A DNA stretch of 64,000 nucleotides from Oopsacas minuta (taxonomy: Eukaryota > Animalia > Porifera): assembly GCA_024704765.1 (NCBI GenBank), contig JAKMXF010000350.1, positions 1-64,000 of the forward strand, read 5' to 3'. Under the pieces are notes generated by a model that did not search any database, was not told the DNA's origin, and worked only from the letters and a program-made list of their open reading frames with translations. Below, one piece after another: positions 35,786 through 47,735 of this stretch; position 1 is the stretch's first letter, and each line of letters opens with the position of its first letter. A program made the position numbers and the translations under genes.

Positions 35786-36757
35786 CTCAATCAATAGAAG
35801 GATACGGACCAACAATGGCACTGCCTGGTCTCACCTGCATGGAAGTTAAGTCTGAACCTGTGAGTTAAAATCTTTTATTTCATTTAATAATAGATTTCTG
35901 TTAATTTGGATCCGCTGCTATTATCCATCAGTGTTATACTAACCATCATACAAGTTATATTATATTCTATTATACAAAGTTTGATAACAAAATATGACAG
36001 GTTTACTATAAAAGGCTCGTGTATTGTGTAATTTAATTGGATAGTTATAAATGCTCCTGCATACACTGGACAGACGTTGTTCTCATTTCACAGGAGCAGA
36101 ATGCAAACACTGAATCAATAATATTTATAAACTCTTTCAGAAAGTCAGTCGACCAGACAACTGGCTCCTTCCACAAAATATCCGAAACGATGTGCGAAAT
36201 GTATCGCCTCATTGCAAAACTCATCTATAAGATAACTCAATTATAGAAATTTACTTAGGTGAAAAATACCAGCTAATTGTTATACGTATAATGTATACGG
36301 AAGCACTGAGAGCCTTTAGAGTTAAGTACACAAACAAATTATTTTCAAATTATTCCTATGCAAATGCATATATTTGTGTTAGAAGCAACCAACCATGCAT
36401 CATGTTATACAACTTAGTTTCTCCACTCATTCGACTCTGCTTGATCGGGTCATTATCCAGGAGGACTCATAGACATGATGCACTAGCAATTCAATTAATT
36501 TGGATTTCTTAATATTTTTGGACAAACTTCCTGTAACCAACGTGAGTCGATTGTATAATTTATACAATTGACAATCGATATACACAATTGTGTTATATGT
36601 TATTTTCTCATACACAATTCTACACAATGTATTATAATAGTCAGAAGAACTGGGTGACGGAGACAATCAAAGTGGGTACCCCGGTCTGATAGCAGATGTC
36701 ATGAGAGATAACGAGATAAGAAGATCTATAAGCAATTTTGAAGAAGCCATTACATCA
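35786..36757 (+). CDS. Candidate further exons of the harmonin-like gene
   Basis: AG/GT-bounded open exons 35786-35859 and 36641-36757 (SEELGDGDNQSGYPGLIADVMRDNEIRRSISNFEEAITS); probable exon start at 36094; the coding sequence between looks error-laden. Confidence 0.5.
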
Positions 36758-37394
36758 GTAAGTTACTAGGATTTAAAACCTGTTCATGTCAGGTTGTATT
36801 TCTTTGGATATATATATATATTACCTCACAGTGGCGTAACACTGCTTCAAAAAGTGGTCCGGCTAGAAGTAGAAACAAACTAGGGTTCTACTTGGGAAAA
36901 TGGAAATATATAACGATTAACAAGGTTAGAAAACTATTTTCATTTTGGATACAATAGTGCGAAGTAATAATTCATCAAAACAAGGGAAGTCATGGTCCGG
37001 CTCAAAACCGGACAGCCGGACCAGCAATCCTGCCCAAAAAGGTCAGGCCGAAGCCGGATTTGCCGGACATACTCTTACGCCTATGCCTCATCTCCATTTG
37101 TAAGGTCTGTTTGTATTTCTGTATGTCCAATATGACTATGTTGAATCTGATATTATTTTCAAAATGTATTTATTACAGTAGTGTAATAGTAAATTACGTA
37201 TTAACCTCCATTTACTTTCTAGATAAACCCTACAAATACAATTTACAGACATTTTCGAACTTTGTGAATTTTACATTAATTCTTCAGTTCTCGAAACCGA
37301 TCAAAAGTGTAACGAGTTTGAAAATATAGTTTTAGAACTGTAGTATATGCTCGTAGTGGGTTATACTTCATTTGAAGAAGATAGTATGTAATTA

Positions 37395-37582
37395 CAGTGA
37401 AACTCCTCCAAGCGGTCGGCCCTCAGATTCGACCACCCCTCTATTGAGGACATTATTTCAACGTCTCTTGCAAAATCCCTTTAGGGAACCTCCAGTCTCC
37501 CAAAGCCCTTAATTAGGTCACCTCTTTTATACTGTCTTTGCTGGACAGTCTGTAGGCTAACCTGATTTGAGGAGTTTTACTG
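37395..37582. mobile_element. Tc1/mariner-type MITE
   Basis: TA|CAGTGAAACTCCTCC ... GAGGAGTTTTACTG|TA. Confidence 0.8.
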
Positions 37583-38589
37583 TATATAACAATGAATCTT
37601 ATACAGCATACAGGAGGCCGTTATCCACATGTTTAAAATATTAGGAAATCATACTGCTGGACAGGTAGTCGATACCAGAGAGGTGTTTATATCTGGCCTC
37701 CAGTTTTATGTCTTGTTATCAAATAATAATTACTAGTAACAAATTTACTGTGACACCTCGTTCGACACCGCTAGCCGAGCTGAGTCTAGTTATACACATA
37801 TCGATCTTCTGAATTATCTTTAAACACGATGTAACTAGATCGACCTCCACCGTCCCTCAATTGTATTTATATTTCTTAAAATTTATCATAAATACACGAT
37901 GCTATCGTCTGTTTTGTTAATAATTTGAATTGTCTATATTACCTACGTTACATCATAAGATTAGCATAAGCAAATACTTTTATTTTAGCATTTGACATTT
38001 GATCAAGAATAACATTTAGAAATATAGTGTAATCTTTTTCTTTGTATAATATTAACACAATTATATTATGATTATTATTGAAATATACTATCAGTAGATT
38101 ACTAATATTCTATTATATTAACGCTAAATTTACTTAACGTATATCTGCCTTTTACGTATATCTACTAATCTGGACTGTTGGAAACTCAATTTTGCTGTTA
38201 AGTTATAATTACGTATTTATTTAATTTTTAGCTCTAATTTTACTGTTAACAGCAAAGATTAGGTTTAAAAGCTCAAATACCAGCAACGTTAAACTAATAA
38301 TAGTTAATTGTGGCTATTAACAGCATTTTCCCTATCCATAGATAATATTTAATTAAAGTTCTTAAAATGAGCATTGGCAAGCATGAACCGGTGAAAACCA
38401 TTAGTTGTAAATTTTAAAATTGCATACCATATTATGTGAAAACATAATATTTGATAATATACAATCAAAATAGCTATAGATAGAGATCACCCAATACTCT
38501 TTGTGGTGTATTATATTTCTCTCATTACGATAGCAAGACCAAAATACATATAAATATAACTGAATACTTTTATAATATAACTGAAGAAT

Positions 38590-41500
38590 ATGTCGAGCAA
38601 CAAAATGAGGACATTTACTAGTGCAATGGCGAGGAAAAGGTCTCCTAGAGACCATTTCATATCTCCTCCAACTTTTGCAACTAGTTCAACTATGACTAGT
38701 AAACCAGTACAGAGATTATCAGAATTGAATGAAGATCTCGTAAAGTCAATGTCACCGAATGATCTAGCAATTCATATCGGATCTCTTGTAAAAGCAGGGA
38801 AATTAGATCAGAAGATAGCGATGGACAGATTCAGTGAACTCTCACAATCTCTCCAACCCATTCATAAACCAGTGATGTCCCCTGATGACCTCACAGATTT
38901 ATCATACCGCGTACAGTTGAAGAATATGCCTGAGAAAAAATACACACTAAAATTCGACCTGAAGACGAAAGGAATTAACCTGTATTTCCGTGGGAAATGC
39001 AAACACAAGATCCGATACGATGAGGATATCAAAAGCTTTGAATCTGATGAAGATAACGCTTTCATACTCAGGACTACCAGCCTAGACCTCATGGAATTTG
39101 AGGCTGAGGGCTTAGAGGAGAAGAATGCAATACTGAATGTGTTAGAACGCTTCGAACAAGATCGAAGATCAGCTGAAGATGCGATAAGTGAAGAACAAAA
39201 TAAAGAGGATCATGAAAAGAGCGAGACAGACAAAGAAGATCAAGATGCGATCACAAGTTTACCAAGTATGGCACAACGCAGTGGAAGAGATGACCTGGTG
39301 AAATCTCTGAGAATTCCTGTCTACAAACAAATCCTCAAAGAGGGGGAGTTGGAAAAGCAGGGACATGGAAAAGGTGCACTTTCCTGGCCAATCCGATACG
39401 TTGAAATCAAGCCTGGTCAATTGGCATACTACAAACCTTCAAACAAAAAGCAACCTCTTAACATATTAACTCTAGATCGAACTGTAACCATTGAGACTTC
39501 ACAGGAAGGATTCGAAATAAAATTAGCTCCAAAACGAGAACAAAATGTAAATGATCGTTCTTATAATTTCCGTGTGAGTAAAACACACGGAAATTTCCAA
39601 GCTGAAGTTAACCAGTGGCTACATGCCATAGAGTTAGCTATTCAGGGAACTAATGAGAAGGAAATAATGATGTCATTATGTGGGAATAGTCCTTCTACAA
39701 GAACTCTAACTGGCATAAGACGTATAGAACCGCAACAACAATCAAGAAGAAAATCTCATATATTTCAGAAACCCAAAAAGCCTAAAGGAAGTATTAGCTT
39801 CGAACCAGCTCCTGCTGTAGATCTAGAGGATCCGAATATAGCTAAACTATTATGTCAGTTGAAACAACAGATCAATCACTTGCTGCTGATCTCTGAAGAG
39901 ATTAAGAATGAACGTATTAAGTCTGTTTTTGATAATTTATCTGAAATATGTAAATTCATGGAAGATCAAGTTCGCGGAAATCCTGATGACAACCTTCCCT
40001 TCCAACCTCTCAACCGTGTAGGTTCAATTAGAGCAGATAGGTCTCCTGGATTTAATCTACCCGACACGCCAACTGGTAATGGAGTAACTGAAAAACAAGC
40101 TCCAGGAGACGAAGAAAAGAGAGAGGACTGGGATCAGGCCAATAGTACATTAACAGAAGCAACTACTATCGCACAAATGCAACACCAAATATCCTTAAAT
40201 CCTCCAAAAGAGGAAATTCCATCTGCTGACAATACTAACAAGGACATCACTCAGGAAGAACCAGTCCCTATTGACCCAGATATTTTACGTAGAATACCAG
40301 ACCCTCCCCCCTACATGCAGGAAGCTATTGATTTCTTTTTATTGATTGAGAAACGACCAACAGGAGACCCAAAGATCCCCTGTTGCCCTCCGAATATGCC
40401 AGAAACAAATAAATACATAAAAACGGTTATCCTGGGAATCCCAGATATCCCTCCACCACCACCTAACCTACAAATAGTAGATGCGACACTCGGAATAGAT
40501 TCTGTTAACCTAGGCATACAGAACTCAGTAATGCGGAAGGTTAATATGAAGCCTCTTAATTGGAACAAAATTGGTTCCAAGCAAGTCAAGTGTAATAGCA
40601 TGTGGTTCAATTCACACAATGATTTAGATATAGATATTGATAAGCTAGAGCATTTATTTAAAGAAGAGAAAGTTGTTAGAAAAAACAAATGTAAAAGTCC
40701 TGAAAAACCGCAAAAAATTGTTTATTTAGGAGACAAACGTGCGATGGGAATTGATATTTTCCTCAGAAGAACAAGATTCAATTTCGAAGAACTGGACGAG
40801 ATATTGAATAATGCTCTGGAGAGAGAGAATAGTGTCGGACACAAGATCTGTCTACAACTTGAAGAGTTAGAAGATTTGAGTAGATACCCCACTGAAGAGG
40901 ATAACGATCTATTCAGAGCAGTTAAAGAGAGTCCTGATAAAATGGTAAAAGCAGATCAGTTCATTCACACAGTATGTCATCTCCCATTCTATAAAGAGCG
41001 AGTAGATGTTATTCTATTGATGCGAGAAATACCAACTAATACTACACACATACAAGAACCTATTAAGATTCTAACAAAAGCTTGTGCCGAGTTAAATAGT
41101 TCTGTAAAGTTTGTTAAGATTCTAGGGCTAGTACTCAAGATTGGAAATCATATCAACTCAGGTAGTAATCGTGGTGATGCAGGAGGATTCCATCTCTCAG
41201 CCCTCTCTAAACTGATTACCTACAAGGGAATTGAACCCAAATTCAGTCTCTTACACTTCATCGTACAGCAAGTTATGGATGGGAATGAAGAGCTTCTCAA
41301 TTTCGATGAGGAATTGTCTACTGTCCACAAAGCTATTGATGCATCTGTTGAAGGCATATTAGCAGAGATAGACTTAATGAAGCAACAGCTCAACAAAATT
41401 AAAAAGACCAGAGAACTAATGACTAATAGTAAGGGTGCTAGTAATTATCAACAGTTTACGACTGATGTTGAAGAGTTCTTGCAAACTTTTGAAAGCAAAC

Positions 41501-42216
41501 ACAGAGAATTGATAAAAGAGCATGACCAGCTGAGGAGTGCTTATTCACAAGTTTTAGTTAAGTACGGTGAAACAGAGGCGGAATCTGACGAGTTTATGGC
41601 GCAAATAAATGATTTTATTCGCGATTTTAAGAAAGTGTCAACAGAATTAATAAGGAAACGAATAAATGAAAAGAAGGCCCAGGATAATATTCTAAGAAGC
41701 AAATCTACTTCTGCACAGAGTTGCAATAAGGTACAAGCAAGAAGTAACAAAAAGATTGAACCTAAAATGATGAAAAGAAGTTCTACCGTAGCTGGCGTTA
41801 AATCTCCTCTTATGGAAGCTCAAAATGAAAAAGGACACCTACCAACCATACAGAGCGAAGAGGAATTGAAAAGTGAAAAAGAGAAAGGAGCGGCTAAGAT
41901 TGAGCCAGTGAATACCAAGGCTTGCGAGCCGAAAACCTATGATAATTTACAGCTGGAGAAGAAAGGCTACTTCAAAACGGAATGGAAGAATAAAAGATTT
42001 GTTTTAAGTGGCAAACAGCTGAGATGTATGACAAGCAAAAATGATATCGAGGATGTATTACACCTTGGAAGACAAACCCAGATTTATATTGATACTCAAG
42101 ATCTCACAGTCATAGAAATAAAAATTAAGGACAAAGGCAAGGAAAAGAAAATACGAATTAAATGTAGTTCCCCTGTGGAAGCTGATGAAGTAATGGCTGA
42201 CTTCAAACAAAGCTAA
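38590..42216 (+). CDS. Formin with PH-like, PH, short FH1, FH2 and C-terminal PH domains (PHCF-type architecture)
   Basis: 1208-aa single ORF: PH (ILKEGELEKQG..WPIRYVEI..QWLHAI), PPPPP, FH2 (MKPLNWNKI..VLKIGNHINSG..AGGFHLSALSKL..LLHFI), C-terminal PH (LEKKGYFKTEWKNKRFVLSG). Confidence 0.92.
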   Translation: MSSNKMRTFTSAMARKRSPRDHFISPPTFATSSTMTSKPVQRLSELNEDLVKSMSPNDLAIHIGSLVKAGKLDQKIAMDRFSELSQSLQPIHKPVMSPDDLTDLSYRVQLKNMPEKKYTLKFDLKTKGINLYFRGKCKHKIRYDEDIKSFESDEDNAFILRTTSLDLMEFEAEGLEEKNAILNVLERFEQDRRSAEDAISEEQNKEDHEKSETDKEDQDAITSLPSMAQRSGRDDLVKSLRIPVYKQILKEGELEKQGHGKGALSWPIRYVEIKPGQLAYYKPSNKKQPLNILTLDRTVTIETSQEGFEIKLAPKREQNVNDRSYNFRVSKTHGNFQAEVNQWLHAIELAIQGTNEKEIMMSLCGNSPSTRTLTGIRRIEPQQQSRRKSHIFQKPKKPKGSISFEPAPAVDLEDPNIAKLLCQLKQQINHLLLISEEIKNERIKSVFDNLSEICKFMEDQVRGNPDDNLPFQPLNRVGSIRADRSPGFNLPDTPTGNGVTEKQAPGDEEKREDWDQANSTLTEATTIAQMQHQISLNPPKEEIPSADNTNKDITQEEPVPIDPDILRRIPDPPPYMQEAIDFFLLIEKRPTGDPKIPCCPPNMPETNKYIKTVILGIPDIPPPPPNLQIVDATLGIDSVNLGIQNSVMRKVNMKPLNWNKIGSKQVKCNSMWFNSHNDLDIDIDKLEHLFKEEKVVRKNKCKSPEKPQKIVYLGDKRAMGIDIFLRRTRFNFEELDEILNNALERENSVGHKICLQLEELEDLSRYPTEEDNDLFRAVKESPDKMVKADQFIHTVCHLPFYKERVDVILLMREIPTNTTHIQEPIKILTKACAELNSSVKFVKILGLVLKIGNHINSGSNRGDAGGFHLSALSKLITYKGIEPKFSLLHFIVQQVMDGNEELLNFDEELSTVHKAIDASVEGILAEIDLMKQQLNKIKKTRELMTNSKGASNYQQFTTDVEEFLQTFESKHRELIKEHDQLRSAYSQVLVKYGETEAESDEFMAQINDFIRDFKKVSTELIRKRINEKKAQDNILRSKSTSAQSCNKVQARSNKKIEPKMMKRSSTVAGVKSPLMEAQNEKGHLPTIQSEEELKSEKEKGAAKIEPVNTKACEPKTYDNLQLEKKGYFKTEWKNKRFVLSGKQLRCMTSKNDIEDVLHLGRQTQIYIDTQDLTVIEIKIKDKGKEKKIRIKCSSPVEADEVMADFKQS

Positions 42217-42772
42217 TTAGAGTGTGTTAGCTTGTTATTATTTGGTTATTACTTTTTGTATATTTATCTGCTCAATACTAATCAGCTGTTATTTGTATAT
42301 TATGTTAAATATTTTCATTAAATTTTTAGTAATTTTCTAATTAATCGTAATCTAATTATACTCTGGTGCTTCTCAAAACACTGATCCAGATTTTAGCGGG
42401 ATGTCCCACTGAATCTTTCCAAAACGATAATTATCCCGATTTTAGTAGTCCAGTTGCGGTCTAATGTTAATATGCAACGTCCCACCAAGTCCTGCTAAAT
42501 TTGAACAATCCTGCTTGTTCTTCACTCGGGTTGGGAAGTATGGATGCCTGAAGCAGAGTTTTAAACTTGGGGTCATATGACTAATATCCTTTGAGCAACA
42601 TGATCAAACGTGACCACTGACCAATCTTAACAAACAAATAACTTGGGTGTAACCATGCTACACAAATTTACATAAGGTGTGGCCATAACCAGACCCTAAC
42701 TCCCAAACCTATTACCGTCTCCACCTGAAGCAATTAAGTCAATACTCGTGATATTATAAGTATATAATTCAG

Positions 42773-44093
42773 GCTAGGGTTGACTCTAAGACAGAGGTAG
42801 ATGCAGACATATCAGCATTGTTAGGAGCAATGCAGAAGAAACAACTTGATGATGAGAGGGAATCTTCCATAAATAGCCCTGAAATACAGATAGATAGGTA
42901 ATTAGATTACTAATAAGTCTTATTGCTTTATTCTATCTAGGTTCATATACAAATTTCTGATGTATTAGTATTGGGGGGATATATATCTACGTATCTGTTA
43001 TGTCAGGATTATTCAACCATTTGACAATACGACACACTCTATATAAGGTTGTGTTCACCTATTAGCAGTTTGTCTAATACCAACCAACCAACCAGTTACT
43101 TTTTTGGTGAATTAATTGATGAACTCACAACTCCCCATTCTACACATGCATCTCTGGTAATAATGCACTTTTTCAACATATTAATTTGTTTAACAATAAT
43201 TGGGATGTGGAGGAAGATAATAAATCATTTATGAGTAATTAAATGACTTTATTTAATTACGAATTTCCTTTAACATTCTAAATGCTACGTATATTGAAGG
43301 ATAATACATATATAAGTAATTTTGACAAGTTGGTTGAGTGCAGTATCAATAAAGAGGATTGTATATTGTATGCTGAGGTGGTGCTAACCCAGGAATATAA
43401 CCTGGAATGAACAAGAGACATTATGTGTTTGACCATTAAACTAGTAAGCGAATTAGCAAGTCTGTTCGTATATTTTGAGATTTTTTGATTTCGGTAATAC
43501 CCTGATACGCGGCCGGGCGCTTATTGATGAAATATGGTATTTGCTTACGTTTAGTCATCAAAACAACGTATGATCAAGTTTCATAGAATTCTAAATTAGA
43601 TATAGTGCAGTATTAGTGAGGATACCTCTAAAAGGAGATTGTGGAGAAAACCTATACACCGGTTGAATCCTTAAGCTAATAAGTATATACATAATACCGA
43701 ACTTCAGAATTACAACACAAGAGGTTACTATCGAAGAGGTTATAACAGGTGTATGGATTTATTAATTACCCTTATTCATAGCATCCTCATTATTGAAAGT
43801 ATAAATAGGCTTAAATTCTAATATAATGTAAGGAGGCTAAATGGATCGCTACTTCGCTTTTTAGTTTAATGGTCAAACATACGACAGATAATTGTAATTT
43901 CCAAGTTCGATCCTTGGGGAAGCACCTCTTTGCGATCTGTACAACCTTCCTTATTGAAAATAATACGAATATATAAGTGATCGCTATACTATACTTCTGT
44001 GTTTATTCATGCTAATGTTAGCTAATACCAGATTACGTGAACCACCTAAACCAGTATTGACATCTTCAAATGCCAATATCAATACTAACCTAG
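42773..44093 (+). CDS. Candidate downstream exons of a + strand spliced gene (possibly the harmonin-like gene)
   Basis: ttcag|GCT...GATAG|gtaatt at 42773-42897 (ARVDSKTEVDADISALLGAMQKKQLDDERESS...) and ttag|CT...CTAG|gtagtt at 44022-44093 are stop-free and bounded by canonical splice sites. Confidence 0.45.
43855..43925 (+). tRNA. tRNA-like cloverleaf, anticodon GAT (Ile-GAU); probably a pseudo-tRNA or organelle-derived
   Basis: D arm GTTT-AATGGTC-AAAC; anticodon arm TACGA-CAGATAA-TTGTA; T arm CCAAG-TTCGATC-CTTGG; acceptor CGCTTTT/GGAAGCA (one mismatch, two G-U). Position 33 is A instead of U. Confidence 0.6.
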
Positions 44094-44870
44094 GTAGTTT
44101 CTGTCATTTGTATTTCATCCCGACCTGACACCTGTATTTGTATGGCTTAGAATGACGTTCCAAAAATGTGGAAAATTTTCCAAAATATTCCCATTTTACT
44201 ATCAAAAACGAGCACACTTCAACACGTTATAATTTTGTCCACATGGAACCTAGAGAAATCATCCAAATATCATCTCTCTAGGGGCAATGGGGACAAAGTT
44301 ATAACGTGTTAAAGTGTGCTCGATTTCTCGCTGCTAACTTCATACTCGTTATGATAGTTAACATGTAATACGCATATTAATCGGAGTGAATTCGTTATAC
44401 AAGGCCAATTCCCAACTTAAAAATGATGGCACTATCATGAAGACTTGTAAATCTCCCATTATGGATTTGCTGATTTCCGGTAGATTGTACCTGACTCCGG
44501 GAGAGTTGGTAGTCCTATATGAATTATAGCTTTGTTATCGAATTAGCTAATGAACCTAGCGTTACCTGCCAGTATCTCTTTCCATGTTTTGTGGTTCTTC
44601 ATAATTTTATTGATGATTTCACTTTACTTTCTAAAGAAATCTGAGCCGGACCAATTTTCGTGACAACAACAGCAATACTATAATGTTTTCAACTCTACTT
44701 CTATTGATTCTGACTATTATAGCCTAACAACTATGAATAATGTGTACACAGTTTGTTGTTTAACACATGTGAACTAATAGTTATACATATGTATACGTAT
44801 CCATTAGTTTCATACGACCACTGATTTTAGATGCTGCCGGTAATTATATGCCTAGCGTAAATGTGGCGGG

Positions 44871-45197
44871 TAGAGGTCGTAACGGGCTGAGTTTTTCGGC
44901 CCGAAGCTCGGCCCTGTCCGGCGGATGTCTACAACATTGTGTAGAATATTTTTTAATGAATAATTGATGAACAAGATCGTACAGTCAGAAAAGGTGTTTG
45001 TAAAATAATTTGAATGAATTTAATACAGTAGAACTCGGATAAGACGTACCCCCTCGGGAAGTCTAAAAAAGTACGTACTAACTGAGTTCTACTGTATAAG
45101 GAATTAGGAAAGTTTATTCTGAACCCTAAATTAGAGGCCCTGAAGCCTAGCCCGAGCCCTGACTGACCTCGGGCTCGGGTCGGGCTTGCGACCTTTA
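44871..45197. mobile_element. hAT MITE containing a nested 69-bp mariner-type MITE (45026-45094)
   Basis: TIR TAGAGGTCG / CGACCTTTA; TSD GTGGCGGG / GTGGCCGG; nested TA|CAGTAGAACTC...GAGTTCTACTG|TA. Confidence 0.8.
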
Positions 45198-45347
45198 GTG
45201 GCCGGCATGCTGCAAAAGTTTTCGAACTCCTGCTATTAGCCATCCATTTCATTCAAAAACTAGCAATTTCACTTTCTGACAATAATACATACACACTTAT
45301 GTTTGAATGATAATTATAGTACAAATCTACCTAAGATCGTAACACAA

Positions 45348-46067
45348 TTAATTACAAGTTTTTAACTTTTCAGAAGCCTCATTGAACTCTGGACTCTGAT
45401 AGAAAGTGCTGAGAATTTTCTCGAAACCAGGATTAGGAGAAGCCATCATTCTCTTCTTTTTAACAAAAGTGGTAGCTTCCTCACTCTTCATATTATTCTT
45501 ACACATAATATAAGCTATAACTGCAGTAGAAGATCTAGATCTTCCCTGAGCACAATGCACCAACACATTACCCGAGTTAGCTCTAGCTTCTTCTATAAAT
45601 AGCACCGCTTCTTTTAAGCTACTCAGCTCTATTTTGAAGCTAGGATCATCCACCCAGTTCGTTTCTTTCGTAACAATTGAAAGATTCTTGTTGACTTTTT
45701 TAACTAATTCAACGAATTTAGTCCCAAGAGTAACTTCAAGCCCTTTAGCAGTATTCAGTATGTGTGTAATGTTATTACACTGCAAGAATTCTAAGTTAAT
45801 AACTCCCTTGTAACCGCCAAGGTACACTGATCCTAGTCCCCCCTTACCCTCTAGGATTAAACTAGGTATCTTCTCCATAGCCTGTGTGTACTCAAGGGCC
45901 TCTAATAGAACAGATTCATTTACTGAATCTTTAGAGTGTTTGAGAACATCATTAGAGCAGTTTACACAAATATTCTTCTTGAATCTGTTTGGTTTGAATT
46001 CCTCACAACTAACCTCTCCACTTAAGTGGATTTGAGAGAAGATATTAGCTTCAATATTCTGAGCCAT
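45348..46067 (-). CDS. Atypical dual-specificity phosphatase with N-terminal C3H motif
   Basis: VYLGG, ITHILN, WVDD general-acid loop, VLVHCAQGRSRSSTAVIAYIM, PNPGF. Confidence 0.92.
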   Translation of the reverse strand: MAQNIEANIFSQIHLSGEVSCEEFKPNRFKKNICVNCSNDVLKHSKDSVNESVLLEALEYTQAMEKIPSLILEGKGGLGSVYLGGYKGVINLEFLQCNNITHILNTAKGLEVTLGTKFVELVKKVNKNLSIVTKETNWVDDPSFKIELSSLKEAVLFIEEARANSGNVLVHCAQGRSRSSTAVIAYIMCKNNMKSEEATTFVKKKRMMASPNPGFEKILSTFYQSPEFNEASEKLKTCN

Positions 46068-46773
46068 GTCTCGATTAAATATCTAACTATATTTCATACA
46101 TACCAAGCTGGCGAAATTAATATAGTTGACCACACGAAACAACCAATATTTGGCAGGATTGCTTAGCTGATTCAGCAGCTTGGATAGTCACGTACATAAA
46201 CCCTAAATATCAACCAGAGTTAGGGCCAGGGTGGTGCGGAGTGGTGCGACGCACCACCTCAGGTATTACTTATCACTTGAGTTCAAAGACAAATACGGCC
46301 ATACGGTATATAAATATATTAAGCAACTAACCAGCTGTTTGATCATTCTAGTGCCTTGTTTGTTAATTAGAAAATGCAAATTCATTTCTATATAGTAGCA
46401 ACGAGATTTGTCGCACCATAATCGCAACCTCGCTACGTCACTGGTTTGAGCATTTATTGAATTTGTAAATTTCATTTCAAATGTAGATTTACATTATCAA
46501 TCATTTTACAAATTATAGTTTCGTTTGTTGGTTTAATTTGCAAATCGACATACCATCAATAGAAGTAGAAAAATCAATTTTTCCATGGGGCGTCATTAGA
46601 GGCCCAACTTTAGAAAAGGTCTCCTGATTTTTGTGTTCTCTTATTTTAATTATTACATATTAGTAATACACACTGCGTATAGCGAACGACAAACTAATAT
46701 AATTAAAAATCTTGTAAGCTAATCAATTAATATTCCGTTTATAATGTTTGAAATACTTTTAAGGACATCAGCT

Positions 46774-46890
46774 ATGAAGGAACATCTCACGCCTTATAAG
46801 GAAGCAAAACCTCCTCAGCAGTCCAGGAGGAAAGCTCCTTCTTTCAAAGGCTCAGTGGCTATTATTGGAACAAGCTCAGGAAGTCATATG
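46774..46890 (+). CDS. Isolated exon of an unidentified + strand spliced gene
   Basis: ATG-initiated 39 open codons (MKEHLTPYKEAKPPQQSRRKAPSFKGSVAIIGTSSGSHM) ending at a GTATGT donor. Confidence 0.4.
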
Positions 46891-47735
46891 GTATGTTATT
46901 CTAGTGAATGCTTTTAATATATTTGCGTATTTGAAAATTTATTACTTCAAAGCTGTTATTAAATATTAACAGAATCACGTGTACAGGCGCTTACTTATCA
47001 GGCAAAAGTGAATTGGTCAGGTTGACCTCTTCTTTTCATAGATGATAAATTACTAAACTCTATTATAGTCAATTTCTCATCATCAGAGGCGGGGCCAGGA
47101 TTTGACAAACGGAGGGGCTGGGCCTGGCGACAAGTTTTTTCGTGGGGGTCAAGCTCGCTCGGCATGTCAATTAAAGTATTCAAAATATTAGCCTTTAATT
47201 GCCAGAAGTCTATGACTTGGTGCTTTGGATGAAAATTTAGGTAAATCAGAATAGAAGACAGATTATTAAGGTGAATTATAATGTACTAACAATCAAACAC
47301 TAAAATTGTAGGCAAACATGGCCTGTGTACCTAATCTGCCTATACAAAAGGGGAAAATGAAGTAGCCATCAAATTCGAGCCCCTCCGTAATTTTCAGAAG
47401 ATAAAAATTTAGAAATTCTTAACAGAACTTGCTTCATCTAGCTTGAACCCCAAATTTGCCCTGACGCCGCTCCTGCTCATGATTCGAGGACAAATTGTTT
47501 TCTGTTTATAGCTATACAACAACTGCTCTGCAGGTTTCTCGCGTCATGAACCAACCTAGCCTTAAAGCGCGCAAGTTCACAATAAAATTATAGTATTATT
47601 CTCTGAATATACTAACATACGTCATTACCAAAATATTAGCTTATATTCTGCTTAAACTGAAAGCATTTAACGAACAGAATTGTAAAAATGAAATAGCAAA
47701 TATATCTAAACATTTACAAACATTTTAACATCGAA

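Noticed and set aside
43610-43960. Possible third PDZ domain exons (VTIEEVITG, NGQ)
   Set aside because: Could not build a phase-consistent, stop-free path, and the NGQ segment overlaps the tRNA-like fold.
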